A program made the translations under genes and the position numbers. 64,000 nucleotides of DNA from the NCBI GenBank assembly GCA_040081625.1, contig JBEBGD010000002.1:96001-160000 (forward strand), in the 5' to 3' direction. The DNA is from Chthoniobacteraceae bacterium (GTDB lineage Bacteria > Verrucomicrobiota > Verrucomicrobiia > Chthoniobacterales > Chthoniobacteraceae). Under the pieces are notes generated by a model. It had not been told where the DNA came from, searched no databases, and saw only the letters and a list, made by a program, of their open reading frames with translations. Of the stretch, positions 10,585-21,228 are shown piece by piece (position 1 is the stretch's first letter; every line of letters starts with the position of its first letter).

Positions 10585-12045
10585 ATGAAACTCCACGCCC
10601 TGCTCGCCCTGTTCCTCGTCGTCTCAGCCCACGCGGCGGAGAAGATGAACGTGCTCTTTTTCGCCGCCGATGACCTGCGCGCGGAGTTCCCCGCTTACGG
10701 CGCGAGCTACATCCACGCGCCGAATCTCGACCGGCTCGCGAAGCGCGGCGTCACATTCGAGCGCGCGTATTGCCAGCAGGCCGTCTGCTCGCCGTCGCGC
10801 TCGAGCCTGCTCACCGGCACGCGGCCCGACACGACGAAGGTGTGGGACTTGAACACGCACTTCCGCAAAGCGATCCCGGACGTGGTGACGCTGCCGGAGC
10901 ATTTCAAAAAGAACGGCTATTTCGTGCAGGGCATGGGCAAGCTCTTCCACGGCGGCTTCGACGATCCGCAGTCGTGGTCTGTGCCGTGGCAGGCGCCGAA
11001 GACGAGTCACGGCGCGTATGGGCTGCCCGAGAACATGGCGATCGTGAAGGCGAAGGTCGAGGCGTCGAAGACCGCGCCGCCGAAGAAAGGCAAGGTGCGC
11101 AACTACGGGCCCGCGTTCGAGAGTTCCGACGTGCCCGACAACACCTTCCACGACGGCGCGCTCGCAGACATGGCGGTCGCGGCGCTCGGCGAGTGCGCGA
11201 AGAAGGATCAGCCGTTCTGGCTCGGCGTCGGTTTCATCCGGCCGCATCTCCCCTTCGTCGCGCCGAAGAAATACTGGGACCTCTACGACCCGGCGAAAAT
11301 CCAGCTCGCACCGAATCCGTTCAAGCCGAAGGGCGCGCCGGACTACGCCGTCGGCCCGGGCGGCGAGCTGCGCGCGTATCACGGAATTCCCGCCGGACCG
11401 ATCCCCGACGACCTCGCGCGGCAGCTCAAGCACGGCTACTACGCCGCGATCAGCTACATGGACGCGCAGGTCGGCCGCGTGCTCGACGAACTCGATCGGC
11501 TCGGCCTCGCGGAGAAAACGATCGTCGTCCTTTGGGGCGATCACGGCTGGAAGCTGGGCGAGCATGGCGGCTGGTGCAAACACAGCAACGTCGAGAACGA
11601 CACGCACGCGCCGCTGCTCATCTCGGTGCCGGGTCTCAAGACCGCAGGCCGGCGCACGAAGTCGCTCGCCGAGTTCGTGGACATCTATCCCACGCTCGCG
11701 GATCTGTGCGGACTCGCGCTGCCGAAACATCTCGAAGGCACGAGCCTCGCGCCGGTGCTCCGCGACCCCGCGAAGTCCGTGAAGACCGCCGCGTTCAGCC
11801 AATACCCGCGCGACGTGGATGGGAAGAAGCTCATGGGCTACTCGATGCGCACCGATCGCTATCGCTTCACGCGGTGGGTCCACAAAGCCGATCACGCGAA
11901 GCTCGATGCCGTCGAACTCTACGACCAGCAAGCCGACCCGCAGGAAAACGTGAACATCGCCACCGATCCGAAGAACGCCGAACTCGTCGCCACGCTGACC
12001 GCGCAATGGCTCAAGGGCTGGCAGGGCGCGAAGTCGGCGAAGTAG
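10585..12045 (+). CDS. Secreted sulfatase, iduronate-2-sulfatase/choline-sulfatase-like
   Basis: DDLR, CSPSRSSLLTG, GKLFH, RPHLPF, GDHGW. Confidence 0.9.
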   Translation: MKLHALLALFLVVSAHAAEKMNVLFFAADDLRAEFPAYGASYIHAPNLDRLAKRGVTFERAYCQQAVCSPSRSSLLTGTRPDTTKVWDLNTHFRKAIPDVVTLPEHFKKNGYFVQGMGKLFHGGFDDPQSWSVPWQAPKTSHGAYGLPENMAIVKAKVEASKTAPPKKGKVRNYGPAFESSDVPDNTFHDGALADMAVAALGECAKKDQPFWLGVGFIRPHLPFVAPKKYWDLYDPAKIQLAPNPFKPKGAPDYAVGPGGELRAYHGIPAGPIPDDLARQLKHGYYAAISYMDAQVGRVLDELDRLGLAEKTIVVLWGDHGWKLGEHGGWCKHSNVENDTHAPLLISVPGLKTAGRRTKSLAEFVDIYPTLADLCGLALPKHLEGTSLAPVLRDPAKSVKTAAFSQYPRDVDGKKLMGYSMRTDRYRFTRWVHKADHAKLDAVELYDQQADPQENVNIATDPKNAELVATLTAQWLKGWQGAKSAK

Positions 12046-12051
12046 CTCCTC

Positions 12052-15000
12052 ATGAAGAGCCTCATCTGTTTCCTCGCGGCTCTTTGCGTTTGGTGCGGCC
12101 AGCTTTCCGGCGCCGATCGCGGGCCGAACATCGTCTTCATCATGGCCGACGACCTCGGATGGGCGGACACGACGCTTTCCGGCCACACGAGGTTTTACAA
12201 AACGCCGAACCTCGAGCGACTCGCGAAGCGCGGCATGACGTTCACGCGCGCTTACGCTGCGAGTCCGCTCTGCTCGCCGACGCGGTCGAGCGTGCTTACG
12301 GGGTTGAGTCCGGCGCGCACCGGCATCACGACGCCGAACTGCCACCTGCCGCAGGTCGTCCTGCAGGCGACACTCGGGAAGAAGGCGGGACCAGCCGAGA
12401 AAGCGATCGCGCCGACGTCGGTGTCGCGGCTGAACACGACTTACCAAACGCTGCCGAAGGCGTTGAAGGCGGCGGGCTACGCGACGGGGCATTTCGGGAA
12501 GTGGCATCTCGGGCCCGAGCCATACTCGCCATTGCAGCACGGCTTCGACGTGGATGTGCCGCACTGGCCGGGGCCGGGGCCGGCGGGGAGTTTCGTCGCG
12601 CCGTGGAAGTTCAAGGATTTCGATCCCGATCCCGCGGTGCCCGATCAACACATCGAAGATCGCATGGCGAAGGAAGCCGTCGCATTCATGGAGAAGCACG
12701 CGGGCGAGCCGTTCTACCTGAACTACTGGATGTTCAGCGTCCACGCGCCGTTCGACGCGAAGAAGTCACTGATCGAAAAGTATCGCGGGCGCGTGGACCC
12801 GAACGATCCACAGCGCAGCCCGACCTATGCGGCGATGATCGAGAGCATGGACGACGCGGTGGGCACGCTGCTCGACACGCTCGACCGGCTGAAGATCGCC
12901 GACCGCACGTTGATCGTCTTTTTCTCCGACAACGGCGGCAACATGTATAACGAAGTCGATGGCACCACGCCGACCAGCAACGCACCGCTGCGCGGCGGCA
13001 AGGCGACGGTCTTCGAGGGCGGCATCCGCGTGCCGTGCGTGGTCGCGTATCCCGGCCTGGTCGCCGCGGGATCGCGGAGCGATGCGGTGATCCAGAGCAG
13101 CGATTTCTACCCGACCATCCTCGAACTGTCCGGGCTGAAAGCCGCACCGGCGCAGCGTTTCGACGGCATCAGCATCGTGCCCGCGTTGAAAGGCCAGCCG
13201 CTCACGCGCGAGGCGATCTTCACCTACTTCCCGCACAATCCGGCGGTGCCGGACTGGCTGCCGCCGTCGGCCGCCATGCATCGCGACGACTGGAAACTGA
13301 TCCGCATCTTCCACGGCGGAGAGAACGGCGCGCATCGCTGGAAGCTCTTCAACCTGCGCGAGGACCTCGGCGAAAGGAACGACCTCGCCGCGAGGGAGCC
13401 GGAGCGAGTGAAGGCGATGGATGCGCTGATCGGGAAGTTCCTCGCCGACACAAAGGCCGTCGTTCCGGTGCGGAATCCCGGCTTCGATCTCGCGAAGTAT
13501 GATCCGCAAAACGAAGGCCGCTCGAAGCCGAAGGCCGCGAAGAAACCGGCCGCCGCGGCGAAGCCCAACATCATCCTCATCTACTCCGACGATCACGGCT
13601 TCGCCGATCTCGGCGTGCAGGGCGCGGTGAAGGACATCCGCACGCCGAACCTCGACGCGATGGCGCGCGACGGTGTGCGCTTCACCAGCGGCTATGTGAG
13701 CGCGCCGCAGTGCGTGCCGTCGCGCGCGGGCTTGCTCACCGGGCGGTATCAGCAGCGTTTCGGCGTGGAGGACAATTCGATGGGGCCGCTCCCGTTGGCG
13801 GAGCAGACCATCGCCGAGCGATTGAAGCCCGCCGGCTACGTCTCCTGCCAGGTCGGAAAATGGCATCTCGAAGCACCGCCCGAGCGCAAGGTGGGGAAGG
13901 GAAAGTCCGCCGAGGCAGGGAAAGGCGGGCCGTCGTTTCAGCCGTGGGCGCAAGGGTTCGCGGAGTATTTCACCGGACCGATGAACACCTTCGCCGCGTC
14001 GCACGACTTGCAGGGCCGTGCGTTGCCGAACGCGCCGCAGCAGCTCACGGACAAACGTTTCCGCTGCGTTTGGCAGACGGACGCCGCGCTCTCATTCATC
14101 GACCGCCACCAGCGCGATCCGTTCTTCCTCTACCTCGCCTACTTCACACCGCACACTCCGCTGGAGTCGCCGGAGCCGTGGTTTTCCCAGACGCCAGCGG
14201 ATGCGCCCAAGGAGCGCCGCCAGGCGCTCGCGATGATCGCCGCGATGGACGACGGCATCGGCCGCATCCGCGAGAAACTCCGCGCGGCGGGCATCGAGAA
14301 GAACACGCTGATTTTTTTCGTCGGCGACAACGGCGCGCCGCTGAAACAAGGCGCATGGAATGGATCGCTGAATCTCCCGCTCGTCGGCGAAAAGGGCATG
14401 CTGACCGATGGCGGCGTGCGCGTGCCGTTCGTCGCCGCGTGGCCGGGCACGCTGCCCGCGGGAAAAGTGTATGATGCGCCGGTGATCAATCTCGATGTCG
14501 CCGCCACCGCCGTCGCGCTCGCGGGGCAGCCGAACGACGCGAAGCTCGACGGCGTGAATCTCGTGCCCTTCCTACGCGGTGAGAAGGCCGGGAACCCGCA
14601 TGACGCCTTGTTCTGGCGCTGGCGCTCGCAGGCCGCGGTGCGCGCAGATCGTTGGAAGTTGATCCTGCTCGGACGCGACGAGCGCTTTCTCTTCGATCTC
14701 GACAGCCCCGAAGGCGAAACGCGGAACCGCATCGCGGAGTTTCCGGACATCGCCGCCGGCTTGGAGAAGAAGCTGATGACGTGGAATGCGACGCTGCCGC
14801 CGCCCGGCCTGCCGCGCGACATCGTCGATCAGGACCAGGTGTTTTACGACGCGCACGTCAACAAGACGGGCGTCTCCGCCGTGAAACGTCCGCGCAAGGA
14901 CGGCGAGAAGACGCCCACGAGCACCTGGCTCGCGCGCAATGCCACCACCGAAGTGAAAGACGGCGCGCTGCGTATCACGCCCGCCACGCGCGGGAAGCAG

Positions 15001-15321
15001 AACGCCTTTCTCGCCTTTTCGGCCCTCAACATCCCTGGCCCGGCCATCGCCACCGCGACGATCCGCGCGGAAAATGGCGGCAGGATCGGCATCGCGTGGC
15101 GGCTTGATGGGCAGAAGGATTTCCTCCCGGACCAAACCGCGCATCAGGAGCTCGCCGCGTCCGCCGAGTTTCAGGACATCTCGATCAACGTCGCTGCGAA
15201 AGGTGCCATCATCCATCTACGTCTCCTACTCCCCGACAGCTCCACCGACCTGCGCCGCTTTGAACTCAAAGCCGCGAGCGGCGCACCGGTGAAAGAGTGG
15301 GCCTTCGGGCAGCAACAATGA
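12052..15321 (+). CDS. Tandem two-domain sulfatase with C-terminal beta-sandwich-like domain
   Basis: Two complete sulfatase cores (CSPTR and CVPSR, each with GKWHL) joined by a Lys/Ala linker. Confidence 0.9.
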   Translation: MKSLICFLAALCVWCGQLSGADRGPNIVFIMADDLGWADTTLSGHTRFYKTPNLERLAKRGMTFTRAYAASPLCSPTRSSVLTGLSPARTGITTPNCHLPQVVLQATLGKKAGPAEKAIAPTSVSRLNTTYQTLPKALKAAGYATGHFGKWHLGPEPYSPLQHGFDVDVPHWPGPGPAGSFVAPWKFKDFDPDPAVPDQHIEDRMAKEAVAFMEKHAGEPFYLNYWMFSVHAPFDAKKSLIEKYRGRVDPNDPQRSPTYAAMIESMDDAVGTLLDTLDRLKIADRTLIVFFSDNGGNMYNEVDGTTPTSNAPLRGGKATVFEGGIRVPCVVAYPGLVAAGSRSDAVIQSSDFYPTILELSGLKAAPAQRFDGISIVPALKGQPLTREAIFTYFPHNPAVPDWLPPSAAMHRDDWKLIRIFHGGENGAHRWKLFNLREDLGERNDLAAREPERVKAMDALIGKFLADTKAVVPVRNPGFDLAKYDPQNEGRSKPKAAKKPAAAAKPNIILIYSDDHGFADLGVQGAVKDIRTPNLDAMARDGVRFTSGYVSAPQCVPSRAGLLTGRYQQRFGVEDNSMGPLPLAEQTIAERLKPAGYVSCQVGKWHLEAPPERKVGKGKSAEAGKGGPSFQPWAQGFAEYFTGPMNTFAASHDLQGRALPNAPQQLTDKRFRCVWQTDAALSFIDRHQRDPFFLYLAYFTPHTPLESPEPWFSQTPADAPKERRQALAMIAAMDDGIGRIREKLRAAGIEKNTLIFFVGDNGAPLKQGAWNGSLNLPLVGEKGMLTDGGVRVPFVAAWPGTLPAGKVYDAPVINLDVAATAVALAGQPNDAKLDGVNLVPFLRGEKAGNPHDALFWRWRSQAAVRADRWKLILLGRDERFLFDLDSPEGETRNRIAEFPDIAAGLEKKLMTWNATLPPPGLPRDIVDQDQVFYDAHVNKTGVSAVKRPRKDGEKTPTSTWLARNATTEVKDGALRITPATRGKQNAFLAFSALNIPGPAIATATIRAENGGRIGIAWRLDGQKDFLPDQTAHQELAASAEFQDISINVAAKGAIIHLRLLLPDSSTDLRRFELKAASGAPVKEWAFGQQQ

Positions 15322-15355
15322 CCAACCGCATCCCTTAATTCAAAATCACCACACC

Positions 15356-16732
15356 ATGAAGCTCTTCCAACTCCTTACCGCTCTTCTCGTCACGCTCGGC
15401 GCAATCAGCCACGCCGCGCCGAAGCCGAACATCGTCTTCTTCCTCATCGACGATCTCGGCTACGCCGACTGCGGCTTCAATGGCGGCAAGGACATCAAGA
15501 CGCCGAACATCGACCAGCTCGCGAAGGGTGGCGCGATCCTCGAGTCGCACTATGTGCAGCCCGTTTGCTCGCCCACGCGCGCGGCGCTGATGACCGGCCG
15601 CTACGCCACGCACACCGGCGTCTATACGATCGTGCGCCCAGGCGCGAAGTGGGGCCTGCCGCTCGCGGAGCGCACGCTCGCGAATGCGCTCAAGGACGTG
15701 GGTTACGAGACGGCGATCACCGGCAAGTGGCATCTCGGCGAGTTCGATCCCGCCTACGTGCCGACGGCGCGCGGGTTCGATCACCAATATGGGCACTACT
15801 TCGGCGCGCTCGATTATTTCACCCACATCCGCGACGGCTCGCACGACTGGTATCGCGATGGGAAGGAGCTGAAAGAGGAGGGCTACGCGACGGAATTGAT
15901 CGCGCGCGAGGCGTGCCGGTTGATCGCGGAAAAGAAGGAGAACCCGCTGTTTCTCTACGTGCCGTTCAACGGCGTCCACTCGCCGCTCCAAGCGCCCGAC
16001 AGCTATCTCGCGCCGTATGCGAACCTGACCGGCAAGCGCAAGACGATGGCCGGAATGCTCGCCGCCGTGGACGCGGCGATCGGGCAGATCGTCGCCGCGC
16101 TCGAGAAGGCCGGGCTCCGCGAGAACACGCTCATCGCATTCTCCGCCGACAACGGAGGCCCGACGCAGTTCAGCAACGACAACGGCCCGCTGCGCGCCGG
16201 AAAGGGAACGATCTACGAAGGCGGTGTGCGCGCCGCGGCGTTCGCGAACTGGCCGGGCCAGATTCCGGCCGGCGTCACGATCAAGGAGCCGATGCACATC
16301 GTCGACTGGTATCCGACGCTCGTGAAACTCGCGGGCGGTTCGCTCGAGCAGAAGCTCCCGCTCGATGGCCGCGATGTGTGGCCGATGCTCACGAAGAGCG
16401 CGAAGTCGCCGCACGACGCGATCCTGCTCGTGCAAAGCCCGGAGCGCGCCGCGGTGCGCGTGGGCGATTGGAAGCTGATGATGAACGCCTCCGAGGATGC
16501 CGGCGATTCGGTCCCTGAGGGACAGGCGAAAGCGAAGGGCCGAAAGGACGCCGGCGGGAACGCGCTCTACAATCTCGCCGGCGACATCGGCGAGAAGACC
16601 GACCTCGCCGCGAAGGAGCCCGAGCGCGTCGCGGCGATGCGCGCGAAGCTGCAGGAGCTGTTGAAGAACGCGGCGCCCGAGGGCCAGCTCGCCGCCGGCG
16701 GCGACGCGCCGCCGAAGCGGAAGAAGAAGTAG
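15356..16732 (+). CDS. Secreted sulfatase (arylsulfatase B-like)
   Basis: CSPTRAALMTG, GKWHLG, HSPLQ, DWYPTL. Confidence 0.92.
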   Translation: MKLFQLLTALLVTLGAISHAAPKPNIVFFLIDDLGYADCGFNGGKDIKTPNIDQLAKGGAILESHYVQPVCSPTRAALMTGRYATHTGVYTIVRPGAKWGLPLAERTLANALKDVGYETAITGKWHLGEFDPAYVPTARGFDHQYGHYFGALDYFTHIRDGSHDWYRDGKELKEEGYATELIAREACRLIAEKKENPLFLYVPFNGVHSPLQAPDSYLAPYANLTGKRKTMAGMLAAVDAAIGQIVAALEKAGLRENTLIAFSADNGGPTQFSNDNGPLRAGKGTIYEGGVRAAAFANWPGQIPAGVTIKEPMHIVDWYPTLVKLAGGSLEQKLPLDGRDVWPMLTKSAKSPHDAILLVQSPERAAVRVGDWKLMMNASEDAGDSVPEGQAKAKGRKDAGGNALYNLAGDIGEKTDLAAKEPERVAAMRAKLQELLKNAAPEGQLAAGGDAPPKRKKK

Positions 16733-16751
16733 TCCGAAACCACAACAGCTC

Positions 16752-18116
16752 ATGAAACTCATCCGCACTCTCTCCGCCGCGCTCGCGCTGCTCTGCGCGC
16801 CCGGCGCCGTCCTCCACGCCGCGAGCAAACCGAACATCCTTCTCATCGTGGGCGACGACATGGGCTACGCCGACGTCGGATTCCACGGATGCAAGGACAT
16901 CCCCACGCCGCACCTCGACGCGCTCGCGGCGGCGGGCGTGCGCTTCACGAACGGATATGTGACCGGGCCGTATTGCTCGCCGACGCGCGCGGGGCTGCTC
17001 ACGGGGCGCTACCAGACGCGCTTCGGGCATGAGTTCAATCCCAGCGGCGCAACGCAGGGAATGCCCGTGAGCGAGACGACAATCGCCGACCGGCTCAAGG
17101 CCGCGGGCTACAAGACCGGACTCGTCGGCAAATGGCACCTCGGCAATCAACCCGCGATGCATCCGCAGAAGCGCGGGTTCGACGAGTTCTTCGGCTTCCT
17201 CGCCGGCGCGCACGATTACTTCCGCACCGCCGGCATCGTCCGCGGCACCGAGCCCGTGCAGGAGAAGGCGTATCTCACCGACGCATTCGGGCGCGAAGCC
17301 GTCGCGTTCATCGACCGGCATCGCGGCGAGCCGTGGTTCCTCTACCTCGCGTTCAACGCCGTCCACACGCCGATGCAGGCCGACGACGCGCGCCTCGCGA
17401 AGTTCGAGGGCGTCGCCGACAAGACGCGCCGCACCTACGCGGCGATGATGCTCGCGATGGATGACGCCGTCGGCGCCGTGCGCAAAAAGATCGCGGACGC
17501 TGGACTCGAAAACGACACGCTCGTCGCCTTCATCAGCGACAATGGCGGCCCGACGATGAAGGGCGTGACGGTGAATGCATCATCGAACGCGCCACTGCGC
17601 GGCAGCAAACGCACCACGCTCGAAGGCGGCATCCGCGTGCCGTTCATCGTCGCGTGGCCGGGCCGCGTGAAGCCGGGCGTTTTCATCCAGCCCGCGATCC
17701 AACTCGACCTTCACGCAACCGCGCTCGCAGCCGCCGGTGCCGAGGCGAAGATCGAAGGCGTGAACCTGCTCCCATTTCTCGCCGGCGAAAAATCCGGCGC
17801 GCCGCACGATGCGCTCTACTGGCGCTTCGGCGATCAGATGGCGATCCGCGCGGGCGACTTCAAACTCGTGCGCTACGACAGCAACGCCGACACGCAGACC
17901 GGCGCGCGCCAGCCCGTCACCGCCGCAAAGCTCTACAACCTCACCGCCGACATCCACGAAGACAAAGACCTCGCCGCCGCGATGCCCGACAAGGTGAACG
18001 AGTTGCAGGCGAAGTGGGACGAGTGGAACAAAGCGAACGTCGCTCCGCTGTGGGGCGCCAGTAAAGGCGCCGAGCCGAGCGCGCCCGCGAAGCCGCGGCG
18101 CAAGCGGGCGAAATGA
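16752..18116 (+). CDS. Secreted sulfatase
   Basis: CSPTRAGLLTG, GKWHLG, SDNGG. Confidence 0.92.
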   Translation: MKLIRTLSAALALLCAPGAVLHAASKPNILLIVGDDMGYADVGFHGCKDIPTPHLDALAAAGVRFTNGYVTGPYCSPTRAGLLTGRYQTRFGHEFNPSGATQGMPVSETTIADRLKAAGYKTGLVGKWHLGNQPAMHPQKRGFDEFFGFLAGAHDYFRTAGIVRGTEPVQEKAYLTDAFGREAVAFIDRHRGEPWFLYLAFNAVHTPMQADDARLAKFEGVADKTRRTYAAMMLAMDDAVGAVRKKIADAGLENDTLVAFISDNGGPTMKGVTVNASSNAPLRGSKRTTLEGGIRVPFIVAWPGRVKPGVFIQPAIQLDLHATALAAAGAEAKIEGVNLLPFLAGEKSGAPHDALYWRFGDQMAIRAGDFKLVRYDSNADTQTGARQPVTAAKLYNLTADIHEDKDLAAAMPDKVNELQAKWDEWNKANVAPLWGASKGAEPSAPAKPRRKRAK

Positions 18117-18167
18117 AAATCCAAGCGCTCGCTTGCGGCGCAGGGCGCCCGCCATATCATCGCGACC

Positions 18168-18383
18168 ATGTCCACGCTTGCTGAGATCGAAGCCGCGATC
18201 GATGCCCTGCCGCCTGAGCAACTGCGGGAGGTCGCGCGTCATGCGCAGAGCCGTGTCAGCGCGCTCGCGGCGCGCCGCTATTTTTACGACGACGCGGCAG
18301 GACGGACGGGCGATGACGAGATGATCGCCGAAGCCGACGCTGCCTTCCTCGCTTACGATTTGGACGAAGATCGGCGGAAATGA
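18168..18383 (+). CDS. Putative antitoxin (acidic 71 aa)
   Basis: MSTLAEIEAAIDALP N-terminus, acidic C-terminus, ATGA overlap with toxin. Confidence 0.65.
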   Translation: MSTLAEIEAAIDALPPEQLREVARHAQSRVSALAARRYFYDDAAGRTGDDEMIAEADAAFLAYDLDEDRRK

Positions 18384-18691
18384 CGCCCGCTCGCGGCGAA
18401 GTCTGGATGGTTGATCTCGGTCTCGCCGCAAAAGTGCGTCCGTGTCAGGTTATCAACATTCCATTTGCCGACAACGAGCGCGCGATCTTCGCGATCGTTC
18501 CGCACACGACCAGCCTTTGGAACACGCGGTTTGAGATTCCCACTGAGTTGACGTGGCTGGATCGCGGAGCGTTCGATGCACAAGGATTGCGTCCGGTGCC
18601 GCGGAAGGTTTTCGAGCGGCGGCTTGGGGCGGTGCCGGGCGATTTGCTCGCACGAGTAGAAGCGACTGTGCGGGTTTGGTTCGGGCTCTGA
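18380..18691 (+). CDS. mazF: PemK/MazF-family toxin
   Basis: RGEVWMVDLG, KVRP, IVPHTT, RRLG pattern; 103 aa. Confidence 0.85.
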   Translation: MTPARGEVWMVDLGLAAKVRPCQVINIPFADNERAIFAIVPHTTSLWNTRFEIPTELTWLDRGAFDAQGLRPVPRKVFERRLGAVPGDLLARVEATVRVWFGL

Positions 18692-18768
18692 CTGGACAAG
18701 CCGGAGGTGTAGTTCCGAAAGTTCGACGCGGCTGATACAATTGCCCGTAACAATCCCCACCGAGAACG

Positions 18769-19971
18769 ATGAACACCGAAAACTTCTCCCGTCGCGAAGC
18801 CGTGAAGCTCGGCCTCGCGGGCATCGCCACTCTCGGCATGAGCCGCGCTCGCGCCGCGGAAACGGCGCGCCCATTCCTCACTCCCGCCCTCGACTTTCAG
18901 GACGTGTCGCGCGGGAATCCGAAACCGCACACGCTCACCGGCGACGCGCTGGTGCGGGCGCGGCTTACGCCGGAGACGTGGCGGCTCGACGTGCGCGCGG
19001 ACGACTCGCCGAAGGACGGGATCAAGGAAGTCGCGAAGATCGGCAAGCCGCTCACGCTCGACTACGCCGCGCTGCTCGCGCTCGGTCGCAAGCACGGCGT
19101 CAAATTCCTCAAGGCGATGCAGTGCCTGAACATCGCGACGCCGCTCGGCCAGGGGCTGTGGGAAGGCGTGCCGCTTCGCGACGTGCTGCGGCTCTGCGGG
19201 CCGATGATCAATGTGCGGCGCGTGTATTACTCGGGCTTCCACAACGACGACCCGGCCCAACTCTTCCAGTCGTCGCTCAGCTACTCGCAGGTGATGGAGA
19301 CGCCACCGGGCGAACTGCCCGTCTTCGTCGCTTACCGGCTCAACGGCGAGCCGCTCCCGCTCGAGCGCGGCGGGCCGGTGCGCATGGTCGTGCCGTGGGC
19401 GCACGGGTTTAAGTCGATCAAGTGGCTCCAGCACATCGCGCTCACGAACGACTACCGCGCGAACGACACTTACGCGGAGAAGAACAACGACCCGGAGTCG
19501 CACCTCAAGACCGCGGCTTACCTCGACGATGTCGCGCCAAAAACTTCCGCGCGCGAGCCGGTGCGTGTCGGCGGGCTGGCGATCGCGGGCTGGTCCGGCT
19601 TGCAGCGCGTCGAGTATTGGCTGCGCGCCGCCGCGCCGGACATCGCCGACGACGATCCCGCATGGGATTCGGCGAAGTGGATTGCGTGTTCGCTCGCCGA
19701 GCCGCCGGCGGATTGGAGCGCGGTGCTGCCCGCGGGTGTGTCGTCGCGCGACGTGCTCGGCTTCGATCGCAAGACCGGCCACCCGCTGACGTGGCCGCTG
19801 CGCTACAGCATGGTCTCGTGGTCCGCCACGCTGCGCGATCTCGCGCCGGGCAAATACGAACTCCGCGCGCGCGCCGTGGACCTGAATGGCTTCGCGCAGC
19901 CCGAGCCGCGCTCGATGGCGAAGACCGGCCGCAACGGCATCCAGGTGAAGCGCTTTGAGATCTCCGCATGA
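18769..19971 (+). CDS. Tat-exported molybdopterin oxidoreductase (sulfite oxidase family)
   Basis: SRREAV Tat-like; MQC Mo-ligand Cys, WEGVPLRDVL, NGEPLPLERGGPVRMVVP, GFKSIKWL. Confidence 0.85.
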   Translation: MNTENFSRREAVKLGLAGIATLGMSRARAAETARPFLTPALDFQDVSRGNPKPHTLTGDALVRARLTPETWRLDVRADDSPKDGIKEVAKIGKPLTLDYAALLALGRKHGVKFLKAMQCLNIATPLGQGLWEGVPLRDVLRLCGPMINVRRVYYSGFHNDDPAQLFQSSLSYSQVMETPPGELPVFVAYRLNGEPLPLERGGPVRMVVPWAHGFKSIKWLQHIALTNDYRANDTYAEKNNDPESHLKTAAYLDDVAPKTSAREPVRVGGLAIAGWSGLQRVEYWLRAAAPDIADDDPAWDSAKWIACSLAEPPADWSAVLPAGVSSRDVLGFDRKTGHPLTWPLRYSMVSWSATLRDLAPGKYELRARAVDLNGFAQPEPRSMAKTGRNGIQVKRFEISA

Positions 19972-21065
19972 AACGCCTGCTCATCCTCCTCGCCGTCGCC
20001 GCTCACGCCGCTGAACCGAAACCGAAGCCGGAGTTCCAATACAAGTCCGACGGCATCGAAGTGCCTGCCGCGACGGCGGACGAGGCGCGCGTGAAGGCGT
20101 TCGGCCCCGCGACGATTGCGGCGGCGAAGAAGTATCTCGACGATGGCGCGCATAACTGGGTGCGGGAGAAGTCGTGCATCGCCTGCCACAGCACCGGCGT
20201 TTACATGGTCGAGCGCTCGGCGCTCACGAAGTGGCTCGGCAAGCCGAGCGAGGAAGTGCTCGCCGACTTCATCGACGAAGTGCCGAAGGAAGGCGCGAAG
20301 GACGCGGCGCCGATCAAGTCCGTGTGGCGCAGCTCGGGCCTCGCGTCGTGGGACAAGCACGTGACGGGCAAGCTGAGCGAACACACCGACCGCTCGCTGC
20401 GACACACGCTCACGCTCCTGCTCGACGACGGCTCGTTTGCGCCGATCACGCAGGTCGAGATTCCCTACATCACGACGAACTTCGAGCTGACCGTGCAGGC
20501 CGCGCGCGCCATCGCCAACGCGCCGGGCTGGCTGGCGCAGACGAAGGACGCCGACACGCTCGCGCGAGTCGAGCGGATGAAAAAGTTCCTGCGCGAGCAC
20601 GAGCCGATCAGCGACTTCGAGCTCGCGCTGAAGCTCCAGCTCGCCGGCTATTTCCCCGAGCTGGTGCCGCAGCCCACGCGCGACGCCGCAGTCGCGATGC
20701 TCTGGCGCCAGCAGCTCCCCGACGGCGGCTGGTCGCTGCGCCGGATGTCCGACTTGATGAAGTGGCACGTGAAGGCGGACCCGAAAGTGACCGCGCTCAT
20801 CGAGGGGCTGCCCGATGCCGCGAACCCCGGCGGCGATCCCTACATGACCGCGTGGGCCATCGTGCTCCTGCGCGAGAGCGGCGTGCCCGCGAGCGACGCG
20901 CGCATTCAAAAAGGAATCGCGTGGCTCAAGCACGAACAGCGCGCGACGGGCCGCTGGTGGATGCACTCGCTCTTCCGGGGCACGTATCACTACATCACCT
21001 ACATCAGCACCGCACAGGCGCTCCGCGCGCTCGCGCTGTGCGACGATCTGCCGCCGGTCCGGTGA
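19968..21065 (+). CDS. Secreted prenyltransferase/squalene-cyclase-like alpha/alpha barrel with CxxCH
   Basis: Signal peptide; CIACH; QW-like repeats QQLPDGGW, EQRATGRW; no DxDD. Confidence 0.7.
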   Translation: MKRLLILLAVAAHAAEPKPKPEFQYKSDGIEVPAATADEARVKAFGPATIAAAKKYLDDGAHNWVREKSCIACHSTGVYMVERSALTKWLGKPSEEVLADFIDEVPKEGAKDAAPIKSVWRSSGLASWDKHVTGKLSEHTDRSLRHTLTLLLDDGSFAPITQVEIPYITTNFELTVQAARAIANAPGWLAQTKDADTLARVERMKKFLREHEPISDFELALKLQLAGYFPELVPQPTRDAAVAMLWRQQLPDGGWSLRRMSDLMKWHVKADPKVTALIEGLPDAANPGGDPYMTAWAIVLLRESGVPASDARIQKGIAWLKHEQRATGRWWMHSLFRGTYHYITYISTAQALRALALCDDLPPVR

Positions 21066-21070
21066 CGCTT

Positions 21071-21181
21071 GTGGTTCACGTTGTCCTCAACGTGAAGTTT
21101 CCGGCGCGCGCAGCGCCCATCTTCCAGTCAGCGCGTCGCGCGCGGGCAAGTGTCGTTCACGTTGAGGACAACGTAGGCCAC
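21071..21181. repeat. Inverted pair of 24-bp GTGG-headed palindromic REP-like units
   Basis: gtggttcacgttgtcctcaacgtg (21071-21094); reverse strand gtggcctacgttgtcctcaacgtg (21158-21181). Confidence 0.65.
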
Positions 21182-21228
21182 GGGTTGGCGTGTGCGGCTC
21201 GCTGTGGCATACCCATCGCGCCTCTTCC

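Noticed and set aside
19968..21065. True squalene-hopene cyclase
   Set aside because: Half the length, exported, and lacks DxDD.
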